DNA of 64,000 bases from a virus, in the IMG/VR virus record IMGVR_UViG_2902495512_000001; one strand, given 5' to 3'. The notes beneath the pieces were generated by a model, which searched no databases, had not been told where the DNA came from, and saw nothing but the letters and a program-made list of their open reading frames with translations. Shown piece after piece: positions 6,981 through 16,665 of this stretch. Within the stretch, counting starts at the first letter, position 1; each line of letters opens with the position of its first letter. A program made the position numbers and the translations under genes.

Positions 6981-7390
6981 AAAATGATAATTTTGTGATT
7001 GCTGTATTCCTTGTGCCACAAGGGATTACAAAATCATTTGTTAATTTTTCTTCCAAAAACTGCTATATTTTGACTACTTTTTTCGTTTTTGGAAGAATCG
7101 TGGAAGAACATATCGTGTTTGAGTGGTTTTCGAGTGTAAGACAAAAGCACCAAAACGCCTTTATATCAGCGTTTTGGTGCTTTGCCGTTTCTCTATATTT
7201 GTCAACTTATCACCCGCACGGTAGTTATACCATCATAGGTAGCACGTAACAAACCATTGGTATTAAGACCTTTGCGAAAAAGAGAGATATTTTATTTACA
7301 AATCGTGGAAGAGCATAAATTAATTTAATATTGGTCCTTTTTTTGATGTTTTGCTTTCTCCACTATTATATACCAACTTATTATCTTAAA
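6981..7390. other. Candidate attP region
   Basis: Non-coding region after int; AATCGTGGAAGA repeated at ~7096 and ~7302 (arm-site-like); 15-bp inverted repeat 7144-7183. Confidence 0.55.
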
Positions 7391-7393
7391 CAC

Positions 7394-8513
7394 GACGAAT
7401 TTACAATTGAAGTGCAACAAGTAAGAAGAAAATAAAAAAGAACTCATAGCCTGAGTCCTGTAAAATGAAGTCACCACAACAATCATCTAAAGGAGATCCT
7501 AGGCTATGAGTCCGTACAACCATCTTACCTTAAAAGACCGAGAATGCATACTGTTGGGCGTCACTTTAAACGATACCTATCAAGTTATTGCGGAGAAAAT
7601 TGGGTGTTCTAAAGCCACCGTATCGCGCGAAATCAAGCGCAATGGTGGTCGTAAGGCATACTCGGCCGTCAAAGCCCAAGAGAACTATCAGGGACGGCGG
7701 CTAAAAAGCCGACGTCCTAGGCTTCTAACTGATTTGAAGTTACGGGATTTTGTCCTTCACTGCATTGTTCAACGTCAGTGGTCCCCGGAACAAATTTCCG
7801 GTCGTTTAGTCCACGAAAACAGTGAATGGCATATCAGTTATAACACCATTTATCGTGGGATTGAACGCGATAATTTAGGCATCAAACGTAAGAATCACGG
7901 GGCTCGTGGCTTTGCCCGTAAGCTTCGTCACCGCGGTAAAACCCGAAAGGTCAAGGGAACCATTAAGGAACGTCGAGGACGATTTAACGACGTCCCTTCC
8001 GTTCATGAACGACCTGTTTCATGTGAGAATCGAAGCTGGTTTGGCCATTGGGAAGGTGATACCGTTCGCGGTAAAACCGGGCGTTCGGCCCTGGTAACCT
8101 TGGTGGACCGCAAATCTCGGTATTTATTATCTCAGCGGGTTCCCAAAGTAAACGCCAAGAACGTCACACAAGCGATGATTGACCTCTTGCATACCGTGAC
8201 GCCCAAACGCGTTCGGACGCTTACGCCGGATCGTGGAACTGAATTCGCAGGATACCGCGAAGTTAGTCAAGAGCTAAGTATCCCAGTCTATTTCCCAGAT
8301 CCTCATGCGCCTCAGCAACGGGGAACCAATGAGAATACCAACGGACTTATCCGTGAGTATTTCCCCAAAGGAACCGACCTAGACCAACTGACTGATCAAG
8401 ATATCGACAAGTTTGTCAGAGATTTAAATCACCGACCACGTAAGGTCTTAGGCTGGAAGAGTCCATTTGAGGTTTTCTTCGGGACAAAGTTGCGCTTGAT
8501 TTGACAATTCGTC
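7394..8513 (+). mobile_element. IS30-family insertion sequence (copy type A)
   Basis: Imperfect terminal IRs GACGAATTTACAATTGAAGTGCAAC / GTTGCGCTTGATTTGACAATTCGTC; flanking AC/AC. Confidence 0.9.
7506..8504 (+). CDS. IS30-family transposase
   Basis: HTH, GHWEGDTV, TPDRGTEF, PQQRGTNENTNGLIREYFPK. Confidence 0.95.
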   Translation: MSPYNHLTLKDRECILLGVTLNDTYQVIAEKIGCSKATVSREIKRNGGRKAYSAVKAQENYQGRRLKSRRPRLLTDLKLRDFVLHCIVQRQWSPEQISGRLVHENSEWHISYNTIYRGIERDNLGIKRKNHGARGFARKLRHRGKTRKVKGTIKERRGRFNDVPSVHERPVSCENRSWFGHWEGDTVRGKTGRSALVTLVDRKSRYLLSQRVPKVNAKNVTQAMIDLLHTVTPKRVRTLTPDRGTEFAGYREVSQELSIPVYFPDPHAPQQRGTNENTNGLIREYFPKGTDLDQLTDQDIDKFVRDLNHRPRKVLGWKSPFEVFFGTKLRLI

Positions 8514-8517
8514 ACAC

Positions 8518-8560
8518 AAAAAAAGTCCCACACCAGCCAATTAAGGCTAGTGCGGGATTT
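8518..8560 (-). terminator. Rho-independent terminator of the cargo operon
   Basis: Stem AAATCCCGCACTAGCC / GGCTGGTGTGGGAC followed by T7. Confidence 0.75.
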
Positions 8561-8578
8561 GTTTCGTTAATTCACGTA

Positions 8579-9721
8579 CTATAATAATTTTAAATTTGGA
8601 CCTTTTTCCTTTATTTCTGAAATTTGTATAGCGCTAAATAAAGAATTTAAAAAATCAAACGATAATCCTTCTTGATAGAGTGCATCATCAACACTTATCC
8701 CCTCCGAATTTAAATACTCCAAAACTGTTTTAATAAACGTCGGAAATTCTATCGATATTGTATCGTCTAATGGCTCTTTTTTTCTCCACCCATTTCTACT
8801 TATTTGTTGAAAAACGTGTGTCATCTCACTTTGAGTTAATAATCCAATTTGCTTTCCACGAATAGCTAAAGCCTGTATAGAAACTAGCCAATGTGATTTT
8901 AACGACTTTAAAAATTCTAAATTAGTAGCTACCATGTCCATCAGAATCCCTTCCTCAGGCATCAAAAATAAGCTAGCAAACATTTGTGCCTCACTTTCAA
9001 CCCTCTTATTTTTTTCACTAGATTTTAGGATACTTTCTGAATATCTTGAGTGCAAAAAGACATGTCCCAATTCATGAGCTAAACTAAAACGAATTCTAAC
9101 TGCACTTTTTCCTTTAGTATTAATGATCACATAAAATTGGTTATCCACTACTTTTGTCAAGGCGTCAATGCCAGCTATATCTTCATTGGTGAAAATGACT
9201 CGTACACCCATTTTTTCCATTAAGAGGGTTACATTGGAAATCGGACCTATCCCAAGATGGTACCTACGTCGAATTGATTTAGCCAATTCGTCAATCTCAT
9301 CCACATCTACAAGCCGAAATTCATGACTACTAATTACTAAATCATTATCTTTAAAATCCGGCAACTTTATATAACGACCTATCACCTTAAAAAAACTACT
9401 ATATAAAAATACTAGTTCCTGCATAGAATTTCTGTTTTTTGTTGGAACTGCCGCACTTCGGCGAAAAAAGTTCGCAGTATCCACATTATTCCGAGAATCG
9501 CCTTTTAAAAAAAAGTAATAGGGAACTTTTAAAACTGCAGATAATTTTTGGATTTCCTCAAAGTTTGGTACCCTTCTATTACTCTCCCAATATGAAATTT
9601 GTTGTTGCTTAATTACTTTTTTATCAGAAATCAGCAGTGCCAACTCAGTTCCCGTTAACATTCTTAATAATCTGGCCTGTTTCAACCTTTCGCCTTTGAA
9701 TTGGCTCAGTGGTGAATTCAT
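8579..9721 (-). CDS. XRE-HTH + ImmA/IrrE (M78) peptidase fusion
   Basis: N-terminal HTH, RFSLAHELGH, ESEAQMFASLFLMP. Confidence 0.9.
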   Translation of the reverse strand: MNSPLSQFKGERLKQARLLRMLTGTELALLISDKKVIKQQQISYWESNRRVPNFEEIQKLSAVLKVPYYFFLKGDSRNNVDTANFFRRSAAVPTKNRNSMQELVFLYSSFFKVIGRYIKLPDFKDNDLVISSHEFRLVDVDEIDELAKSIRRRYHLGIGPISNVTLLMEKMGVRVIFTNEDIAGIDALTKVVDNQFYVIINTKGKSAVRIRFSLAHELGHVFLHSRYSESILKSSEKNKRVESEAQMFASLFLMPEEGILMDMVATNLEFLKSLKSHWLVSIQALAIRGKQIGLLTQSEMTHVFQQISRNGWRKKEPLDDTISIEFPTFIKTVLEYLNSEGISVDDALYQEGLSFDFLNSLFSAIQISEIKEKGPNLKLL

Positions 9722-9728
9722 ATTACTA

Positions 9729-10406
9729 TCATCCTTTATTCCTTATAAACTCTTTAAATGTGTCCACATCGATTTCCTTAATATCAGCCGGCTTTGTTAT
9801 AAAGTTACGTCTCAATACAGGAGTTTCTTTGGCCAAATCAATAACGCTATACCATGATTTGTCGTTTTTCGGTATACCCAAGCCAATAAACATAGGTTGT
9901 TCTGATTGATAACCGTGATCTAGCTCCAAATATAAATTATCATCATTGAAATCTGAAGTCTTATACACATTAAAATCAAAATCAAAATAAGATTGAAAAT
10001 TTTTATTTTCTTGAATACGATAACCGGCAGGAACTGCAGGCTTATTCATATTTTTACATTGGTTAATGGTTAAATGAAAACTTCCTTCATCATTATATAT
10101 AAGCAAATAGTCGTGGTTTTTGGTCTCATTTGGCTTAACTTTATACTTAAATGGTAGAATCCCTTTATCACAATATTGTTTCATATAAAATTTAATAGCT
10201 AAGGACTTCATTCTAGATAAAAAATCTGTTGTTCCCTCTTGACCTGAAATAAAAGGAAAGTCTTTACTGGCTTTGCTAGCTAACATATAGCCTTTGTTTA
10301 CGACATCTGTAATTAGTGCTCTATTAGTTGGAACAATAAGTTCTTCTAATTTTTTTCTTGGATTTTCTTTTTGTATTCTGAAACCATCATCTATTTTCAC
10401 TATCAC
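9729..10406 (-). CDS. Hypothetical protein, candidate toxin/effector partner of the peptidase
   Basis: 225-aa AT-rich ORF 7 bp upstream of the HTH-peptidase gene. Confidence 0.7.
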   Translation of the reverse strand: MIVKIDDGFRIQKENPRKKLEELIVPTNRALITDVVNKGYMLASKASKDFPFISGQEGTTDFLSRMKSLAIKFYMKQYCDKGILPFKYKVKPNETKNHDYLLIYNDEGSFHLTINQCKNMNKPAVPAGYRIQENKNFQSYFDFDFNVYKTSDFNDDNLYLELDHGYQSEQPMFIGLGIPKNDKSWYSVIDLAKETPVLRRNFITKPADIKEIDVDTFKEFIRNKG

Positions 10407-10467
10407 ACCGGCTTTCTGTAATCATTACAACAATTATACAATGAAAACATAATTTTCACAACAAACT

Positions 10468-10506
10468 AAAAAATCCTCACACCAGCAATTGCCAGTGTGA
10501 GGATTT
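10468..10506 (-). terminator. Rho-independent terminator after the LysM fragment
   Basis: AAATCCTCACACTGG-CAATTG-CTGGTGTGAGGA followed by T6. Confidence 0.8.
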
Positions 10507-10509
10507 CGT

Positions 10510-10740
10510 CTATTTGATAATCAATTTTGTGCCCGGATAAATCGTTGAATAGATACTATCACCGTTTTGTGATGCCAACGTGTAGATGCTTAAACCGTTG
10601 CGTTGAGCAATCGCCCACCAACTATCACCTGAAACGACCGTATAATACGTGTGAGAATAACCAGCTTTAGAATACCACCTGCCAATTACCAGTAATATCA
10701 GTTTCACAGTAATGAGTATTAAAGTTGCACGATTTCTCAT
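10510..10740 (-). pseudogene. Orphan LysM domain (endolysin C-terminal remnant or stand-alone LysM)
   Basis: HTYYTVVSGDSWWAIAQRNGL... homologous to the endolysin LysM, with no catalytic domain. Confidence 0.7.
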
Positions 10741-10848
10741 ATATTCCTATGATAATAATGGAATCTAGTAATAATCTGGTTTCCTCTTTCGCTAAGATGC
10801 TTTTTCTTATGTATTAGCCGTCTGTCCTTACAGCAGGCGGTTTTTTAC

Positions 10849-11962
10849 GACGAATTTACAATTGAAGTGCAACAAATGATCAAAAAGAAGACTCACAGCC
10901 TGAGTCCTTGTAAAATATAGTCACCACAACTTACTTACAAGGAGGACTCAGACTATGAGCCTATATCATCATCTTACCTTAAATGACCGTGAATGCCTAC
11001 TAGTTGGGCTAACTTTAAAACAGTCTTACCAGGCCATTGCCCAACGCATCGGTTGTTCTAAAGCGACTATTTCACGGGAAGTTAGCCGGAATGGTGGTCG
11101 TTCTAAATATTCCGCAGTTAATGCGCAACTAAATTATGAGCGTCAACGTTTGAAAAGTCGACGGCCACGGATCTTATCGCAAACTGATATCCGGGCATTT
11201 GTCATTAATTGTATCGTCCATCGTAAATGGTCCCCAGAACAAATCGCAGGACGGCTAAATTTTGAGCATAGTAACTGGAAAATCAGTTACAACACAATTT
11301 ATCGTGGAATTGCTTTGAATAATCTTGGTGAAAAGCGTAAAAGTCATGGTGCCCGTGGATTCGCCCGCCAATTAAGACATCGAGGTAAAACGCGCAAAGT
11401 TAAGGGAACTATCAAGGAACGGCGTGGTCGTTTTAACGATGTACCTTCAATCCACGACCGCCCACTTTCGGCTGAAAATAGAACTCGGTTTGGTCACTGG
11501 GAAGGTGACACAGTGCGTGGTAAAACCGGACGTTCAGCGCTGGTGACGCTGGTAGACCGTAAATCACGGTATTTATTAGCGGAACGGGTAAGTAAAGTCG
11601 CAGCTAAACCCGTGGCACAAGCTATGATGGACTTATTAAATAGCGTCACACCGGAACGGGTAAAGACACTTACACCTGATCGTGGAACTGAGTTTGCCAA
11701 TTATCAAGACGTCATTGACACTTTAGAAATACCGGTATTTTTTCCAGATCCACACGCACCACAACAACGTGGAACCAATGAAAATACTAACGGTTTAATT
11801 CGTGAATATTTCCCCAAAGGAACTGATTTGAACGATTTAAATGACCAAGAGATTATCGCATTCGTCACAGATTTAAATAACCGTCCACGCAAGGTCTTGG
11901 GATGGAAAAGTCCAAGTGAAGTTTTCTTCGGCAAAAAGTTGCGCTTGATTTGACAATTCGTC
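10849..11962 (+). mobile_element. IS30-family insertion sequence (copy type B)
   Basis: Same terminal IRs as type A but a divergent interior; flanking AC/AC. Confidence 0.9.
10955..11953 (+). CDS. IS30-family transposase
   Basis: Same DDE motifs; many substitutions relative to 7506..8504. Confidence 0.95.
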   Translation: MSLYHHLTLNDRECLLVGLTLKQSYQAIAQRIGCSKATISREVSRNGGRSKYSAVNAQLNYERQRLKSRRPRILSQTDIRAFVINCIVHRKWSPEQIAGRLNFEHSNWKISYNTIYRGIALNNLGEKRKSHGARGFARQLRHRGKTRKVKGTIKERRGRFNDVPSIHDRPLSAENRTRFGHWEGDTVRGKTGRSALVTLVDRKSRYLLAERVSKVAAKPVAQAMMDLLNSVTPERVKTLTPDRGTEFANYQDVIDTLEIPVFFPDPHAPQQRGTNENTNGLIREYFPKGTDLNDLNDQEIIAFVTDLNNRPRKVLGWKSPSEVFFGKKLRLI

Positions 11963-11964
11963 AC

Positions 11965-11998
11965 GCAAAAAATCCCCCACGCCGAAGCGCAGGGGAAA
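11965..11998 (-). terminator. Lysis-operon terminator
   Basis: CCCCTGCGC-TTCG-GCGTGGGGGA followed by T6. Confidence 0.8.
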
Positions 11999-12065
11999 AG
12001 TTGCAGAGTGATCAAGCTCCACAATGAAACTATATATCAAGTTATAGCCAGCAATTATTATAGCA

Positions 12066-12443
12066 CTATTTTGCTGCTTGTGAAGCGGATTCTGACGTTG
12101 CTTCAGTATCAGAAGCTGCAGAACTATTTACTGCAGCAACTGTGGACGTTGGTGTTGGCGTTTCGTCAGCAACTTTATTAGCAGCTGCTTCAACTTGACT
12201 TTCCTCGTCGCTTTTAACCGTTGGCGATGTCACTGTTTGAACGTCAGTAACCACTCCCAGCATACCAAGGATTGTTAGCACTGTGTTAATAACGGCCACA
12301 ATGGCTGACCAATCACCAGTAAACTTAACACCAAACATGGCAAAGATTTGTTGAATTAAAACAATCAGTAACGAAATAATCCCGGCGATCAACTTACCAT
12401 TCAAGCTTCCGTCAGCATTCTTAAAACTAATTTTTTTGATCAT
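12066..12443 (-). CDS. Phage holin
   Basis: Two TM helices and a polar Ser/Thr tail; ATG 12443 after AGGAGG. Confidence 0.8.
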   Translation of the reverse strand: MIKKISFKNADGSLNGKLIAGIISLLIVLIQQIFAMFGVKFTGDWSAIVAVINTVLTILGMLGVVTDVQTVTSPTVKSDEESQVEAAANKVADETPTPTSTVAAVNSSAASDTEATSESASQAAK

Positions 12444-12453
12444 ATTTTTCCTC

Positions 12454-12717
12454 CTAAAGAAACTTTTCTGCGATATAAACAACTAACGTAACGAGCGTGC
12501 CAGAAACTAGGACACCGATAACCCAATTTTGGATCTGAGTAACCCGTTCTATTTCGTGCTCAATCTCGATTGACTTGGCTAGTGCCTTATCAGCCTTGTT
12601 ATCAATATCATCAACTCTAGTCAGCTTTTCTTCGATGTTCTCAACTTTAGTTTTGGTTGTAGCCACATCCTTTTGGATATCCATTAATAACTTAGTTGTG
12701 TCGTCATATTGCAACAT
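12454..12717 (-). CDS. XhlA/hemolysin-like small lysis protein
   Basis: Coiled coil plus C-terminal TM, between endolysin and holin. Confidence 0.65.
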   Translation of the reverse strand: MLQYDDTTKLLMDIQKDVATTKTKVENIEEKLTRVDDIDNKADKALAKSIEIEHEIERVTQIQNWVIGVLVSGTLVTLVVYIAEKFL

Positions 12718-13871
12718 TATCTCACCACCAATCGCTGGTCAGGATAGATAGTAGTGTAAATTGACTTGCCGTTCTGACTAGCTAGTGCAGTCATATTTAG
12801 GCCATTGCGCTGTGCGATTGTCCACCAACTGTCGCCAGACTTGACTGTGTAATACGTATGAGTTGCGCCGCTCTTTACATATTCCAGCGTATTACTTGCC
12901 GGACCAGTGGCTAGATAACCATAACCATTAAACCGTGGTTGGCGTACCCAGCGATAACCACCTTTGATGATAGCTTGATCAGTCTTGACCGCGGTTCCAG
13001 CTGGCAAAATAGCGATCGTGTTCGATGACGTTGACGCACCAGTGCGCAACTTAACTGCCGTTTTGAGTGTGTAAGTCTTCGCTTCTTTGACCCATTTGGC
13101 TGACGCATACTGCCGATAAGTGTTTTTGTTGGCCTTTTGATTATTGACCTTAACCGCGCTTTTATTAGTCGGCTTCACCTTTGATTTCTGACCAGCAGTA
13201 TAGTAGTTGCTATTTAATTGGCTAACATCAAAGCCACCATAGCTGATACGGAACTTAGCCGTTGATGACCATTGCCATGCGTGATTAGTTGAATACCAGT
13301 TCTTACCACTGGCAACGTATGGATAAGCAGCAATCCAACCTGTTTTGCCCTTGATGGTCATCTTGTTGTTAGCCCATGATCCAGACGTGTAAATATCAGC
13401 TCGATAACCAAACTTTTGAATCTCTTGCATGAAAGCCACATTATCACGGTCATTGGTTGCTTTAGATTGGTTATTTTGTTCCTCAGCTTCAACGTCAGTC
13501 GCTAATACCGCACCAACAGGTAGTCCTGCTGCTTTAGCCGTTTGACCGGCAAAGTCAGCTTCAGCGATTGCTTGTGCCTTAGTAGCGTAGCGCGCAAAGT
13601 GGTAACCATTAATATACATTCCCGCTGCTTGTACATTTGCAATGTTGCTGGCAGCATACGGGTCTTTGTACGTACCACCTTCGCTAATTTTGACTGTAAC
13701 AGCCTTAACACCGAACTCGTTACGCATAGAAACGTACTCTGCTGTTGACATGTAGCCGTTGTTATTTGACACATCAACCATATCCATGCGAGCAGCGTTA
13801 GCATTTAGCCCTAAAAAAAGAGCCACCATGGTGGCAGCTCCAGTCAATGCTAGTTTATTCTTTAGTTTCAC
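12717..13871 (-). CDS. Endolysin (GH25 muramidase + SH3b + LysM, with signal peptide)
   Basis: MVDVSNNNG, VKISEG, DVEAE; C-terminal LysM. Confidence 0.92.
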   Translation of the reverse strand: MKLKNKLALTGAATMVALFLGLNANAARMDMVDVSNNNGYMSTAEYVSMRNEFGVKAVTVKISEGGTYKDPYAASNIANVQAAGMYINGYHFARYATKAQAIAEADFAGQTAKAAGLPVGAVLATDVEAEEQNNQSKATNDRDNVAFMQEIQKFGYRADIYTSGSWANNKMTIKGKTGWIAAYPYVASGKNWYSTNHAWQWSSTAKFRISYGGFDVSQLNSNYYTAGQKSKVKPTNKSAVKVNNQKANKNTYRQYASAKWVKEAKTYTLKTAVKLRTGASTSSNTIAILPAGTAVKTDQAIIKGGYRWVRQPRFNGYGYLATGPASNTLEYVKSGATHTYYTVKSGDSWWTIAQRNGLNMTALASQNGKSIYTTIYPDQRLVVR

Positions 13872-13887
13872 TTCTTACACTTCCCTA

Positions 13888-16665
13888 TTACTTGGTTAAC
13901 TCATCTGTCACATTAATGGTACCGTTCGTCATAATTCCTTCAACCATTCCAACATCACGGAATCTACGCACCGTGTCGCCACCATCGACGGTCCAGAGAT
14001 AGATTGGATATCCTTTATCCGCAATCTTCTGAATATCATCAACATTTAGTCCAGCGCTTTGACTTGCAATAATTTTATTGGTGTCCGTCTTCAACGCTGC
14101 CATTTTAGTAAAGTAGTCATCAGTAACATCGCCACCTAATAACTCATATTGACCGTTGGGTTCTAACTCCATCATCGGTTTAAGCCAGTCCCAACCGAAC
14201 GCTTGCCAACCAATTCGATCGAGCATATTGTATTTGACCACAATGTTATGGAGCATTTGTACTTGTTCTTGTGTGAACGCGTATTTAAACTCAATATGGA
14301 TAAAAGCATCATTATATCGTGCAAGCCTTACCAGGTCCTCAAATCGAAGCAAAGGTTCACCCTTAAATCGACTTCCTTTAATAATACCAAAATCGTAATT
14401 AGCTAAGTCAGCGTAATTAATGTCTGTCAAATTTACAGTGGTAGATAAATCTGTGCCGTCCAGGTTCTTGGCTGTTCGATTAATAGCCAAATCATGAATC
14501 ATCATTGGCACATTATCTTTAGTCCAATTAATGTCGCCTTCCCAGTGATAGTAGCCATTTTGCTTGGAAAGTAAGTAGGCAGACTTACTTTCTTCCGGGG
14601 CAACGGTGTTGAACCCACGGTGATTAATTCCGATGATTTTAGCATCACGCGCGTTCACTGTCGCGTTACTCTTAAAGGAGGCGCCTTTAATGGTAACCGG
14701 GAAATTTGCGGTTACTAAAACTTCATTGGCCACCGTTTTACGAATGGCTGCCAGTTCAGTCCAGCCAAATGGTAATTTAGTGTCCCAGGAAATTGTCTTC
14801 ATCTCCATCGTGGCTAGATTAACGATGAAACGTGCGCTACTCCCAGTTTGGTCACTCACAATTTTTGCACCTTTTGGGAACTGATAAAGCTTGTCATCGC
14901 TATAAATAAACGCCTGATCGGTATAGCAATTAAAATCGAGAACATTGGCGACGGTATCGTAAAATGGCGCACCATCCTTTGAAACAACGAAGTCTAAATT
15001 GGTGCGGCTTACCGTCGGGTCGATACCGTCAATGGTGTAAGGAAAGTCACCAATGACAATTGGATGATTGCCGTAATTCATTAACACCGAAGCAATTACG
15101 ACCGAGTAAGGTGCAACTTTTTCCGACCAGCCAATAACCTGACCGATTTCCTTCTGAAAATTATAAACGATTCGCAGTGTGTTTGCTTCCATCGCTGTAC
15201 TAGTGGGTAATGCCGTTGTTCCTGCAGGAATAGCGATTCCACGTTCTCCGATAAAAAGTGTAGCAGTAGTTGATATACCGCTTGAGAAGTCAAACACCCG
15301 AGTGGTTGAGTTGAAGTTTGGCATAGCCTTGCTCGAAGGGCTAAATTGCACATCTGGTGTCAAATCCCATTGGTCAACTTGTTTGCCGTCAATTGTGATG
15401 CTCATGGATCCAGACCAATACCAACCTTTATCGCTTTGACGTAAGCCGCCCAAAATTACCTGTCCACTCTTCAAAGCTTGGTTCCAACCGATAAACTCAA
15501 ACGACAAAGCATCCATGTCATAAATTAATTTAGTCGATGTTACACCGCCAACGGTAGTGTTATTTTTGACCGTCGTTTGCTCCGGAACGGTAACCGACTT
15601 GTTTGACACCATGAAGTAAGCCGAATCCGTGTAGCAGTTAAAGTCTAAGATCATCGTGTTTGTGTCGTAATTTGGAATTCCGTCTTTTGAAGGGATAAAA
15701 ATCGGCGTTTGTGCGTTGTTAGCGAGCATTGAAACGTCCACGCTGCCAGAAGCAATTTGGGTGCCTTGATAAAGCCCACCATCAACCCATGTCCCATCAG
15801 GTCCCCACATCCATTTATGACCAGCATCAATCGTTACAAAAACACCATCATGGCCATTTGGATAAGTGGATTTTAAAGTTGTAGCATCAGCAATGGCGTG
15901 CGGTTGACCACCGTCAAAATTCGTAAAGCCGCGTTCAATCATGTCTACAACATCTGAATTTTTGGGGCGCTGATTGATTTCACTCATTAGACTTGTATTA
16001 ATATCATTAATAGCTTGTTCCAATTGTGAATTTGTAGCAATATCACTCGACTTAATTTTAGCCTGCAGGATATCCAACTGACTGATCATCTCTGTCAGAT
16101 GGTTTGAAGCATCTGAACTTAAGCTGGCAATCTTATCAAGCTCGGATTTAAATTCGGCATTATACTTGCTATTAGTAGCAGTAACAGCCTGTTGAGCTGA
16201 ATCTAGTAGTTTCTGCAATTCCGTCCGGAACGGTGACTTATTGACAAACATGTCCGGGTTACTATTATAGACGTGGAACCAGACATTGAACGTTGTCACC
16301 CGCTTACCGTCAGCATTTTGCAACCCCAAGAAGCCATAAAAATAGCCTTCCTGTGGAAACATGGTTCCAGGAAGGTTCATCTTAACTCGGCCTAAGCCAA
16401 TAATATCATCGCTGGTCCCCACATAGCTAACTGCTTCGCCAGTATCAGCGGTCACCTGGTTGTTTTCGTCAAGGCTACCCACGAAGCCAGTTAAAAACGG
16501 CGCTAACCCATCTTCAAATTGTTGTGCTAGCCCCCGCTCTTTAAATTGAACAACCAATGGGACTTGTTCATCGCCTACTCGGCCGTTAAAGCTATCACTC
16601 AAATTAAACGCATCACCTGAACCAATTTGTTGCTTGTACGTATCTAATGTAATTGTACTAATCAT
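13888..16665 (-). CDS. BppU-like baseplate/receptor-binding protein with C-terminal glycerophosphodiester phosphodiesterase
   Basis: BppU-like N-terminus; INHRGFNTVAPEES, WEGDINWTKDNVPMMIHD, LWTVD GDPD motifs. Confidence 0.85.
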   Translation of the reverse strand: MISTITLDTYKQQIGSGDAFNLSDSFNGRVGDEQVPLVVQFKERGLAQQFEDGLAPFLTGFVGSLDENNQVTADTGEAVSYVGTSDDIIGLGRVKMNLPGTMFPQEGYFYGFLGLQNADGKRVTTFNVWFHVYNSNPDMFVNKSPFRTELQKLLDSAQQAVTATNSKYNAEFKSELDKIASLSSDASNHLTEMISQLDILQAKIKSSDIATNSQLEQAINDINTSLMSEINQRPKNSDVVDMIERGFTNFDGGQPHAIADATTLKSTYPNGHDGVFVTIDAGHKWMWGPDGTWVDGGLYQGTQIASGSVDVSMLANNAQTPIFIPSKDGIPNYDTNTMILDFNCYTDSAYFMVSNKSVTVPEQTTVKNNTTVGGVTSTKLIYDMDALSFEFIGWNQALKSGQVILGGLRQSDKGWYWSGSMSITIDGKQVDQWDLTPDVQFSPSSKAMPNFNSTTRVFDFSSGISTTATLFIGERGIAIPAGTTALPTSTAMEANTLRIVYNFQKEIGQVIGWSEKVAPYSVVIASVLMNYGNHPIVIGDFPYTIDGIDPTVSRTNLDFVVSKDGAPFYDTVANVLDFNCYTDQAFIYSDDKLYQFPKGAKIVSDQTGSSARFIVNLATMEMKTISWDTKLPFGWTELAAIRKTVANEVLVTANFPVTIKGASFKSNATVNARDAKIIGINHRGFNTVAPEESKSAYLLSKQNGYYHWEGDINWTKDNVPMMIHDLAINRTAKNLDGTDLSTTVNLTDINYADLANYDFGIIKGSRFKGEPLLRFEDLVRLARYNDAFIHIEFKYAFTQEQVQMLHNIVVKYNMLDRIGWQAFGWDWLKPMMELEPNGQYELLGGDVTDDYFTKMAALKTDTNKIIASQSAGLNVDDIQKIADKGYPIYLWTVDGGDTVRRFRDVGMVEGIMTNGTINVTDELTK

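Noticed and set aside
7206-7222. att core equal to a tRNA-Leu 3' end (TCACCCGCAC)
   Set aside because: Only about 10 nt of resemblance from memory; cannot be supported without the host genome.
7394-11962. Canonical composite transposon
   Set aside because: The two IS30 copies differ substantially and each has its own AC/AC flank, which favours independent insertions.
14373-14382. In-window target for the element 2 loop (TTCCTTTAAT)
   Set aside because: Only 10 nt, inside a coding region and not at a start codon; expected by chance.
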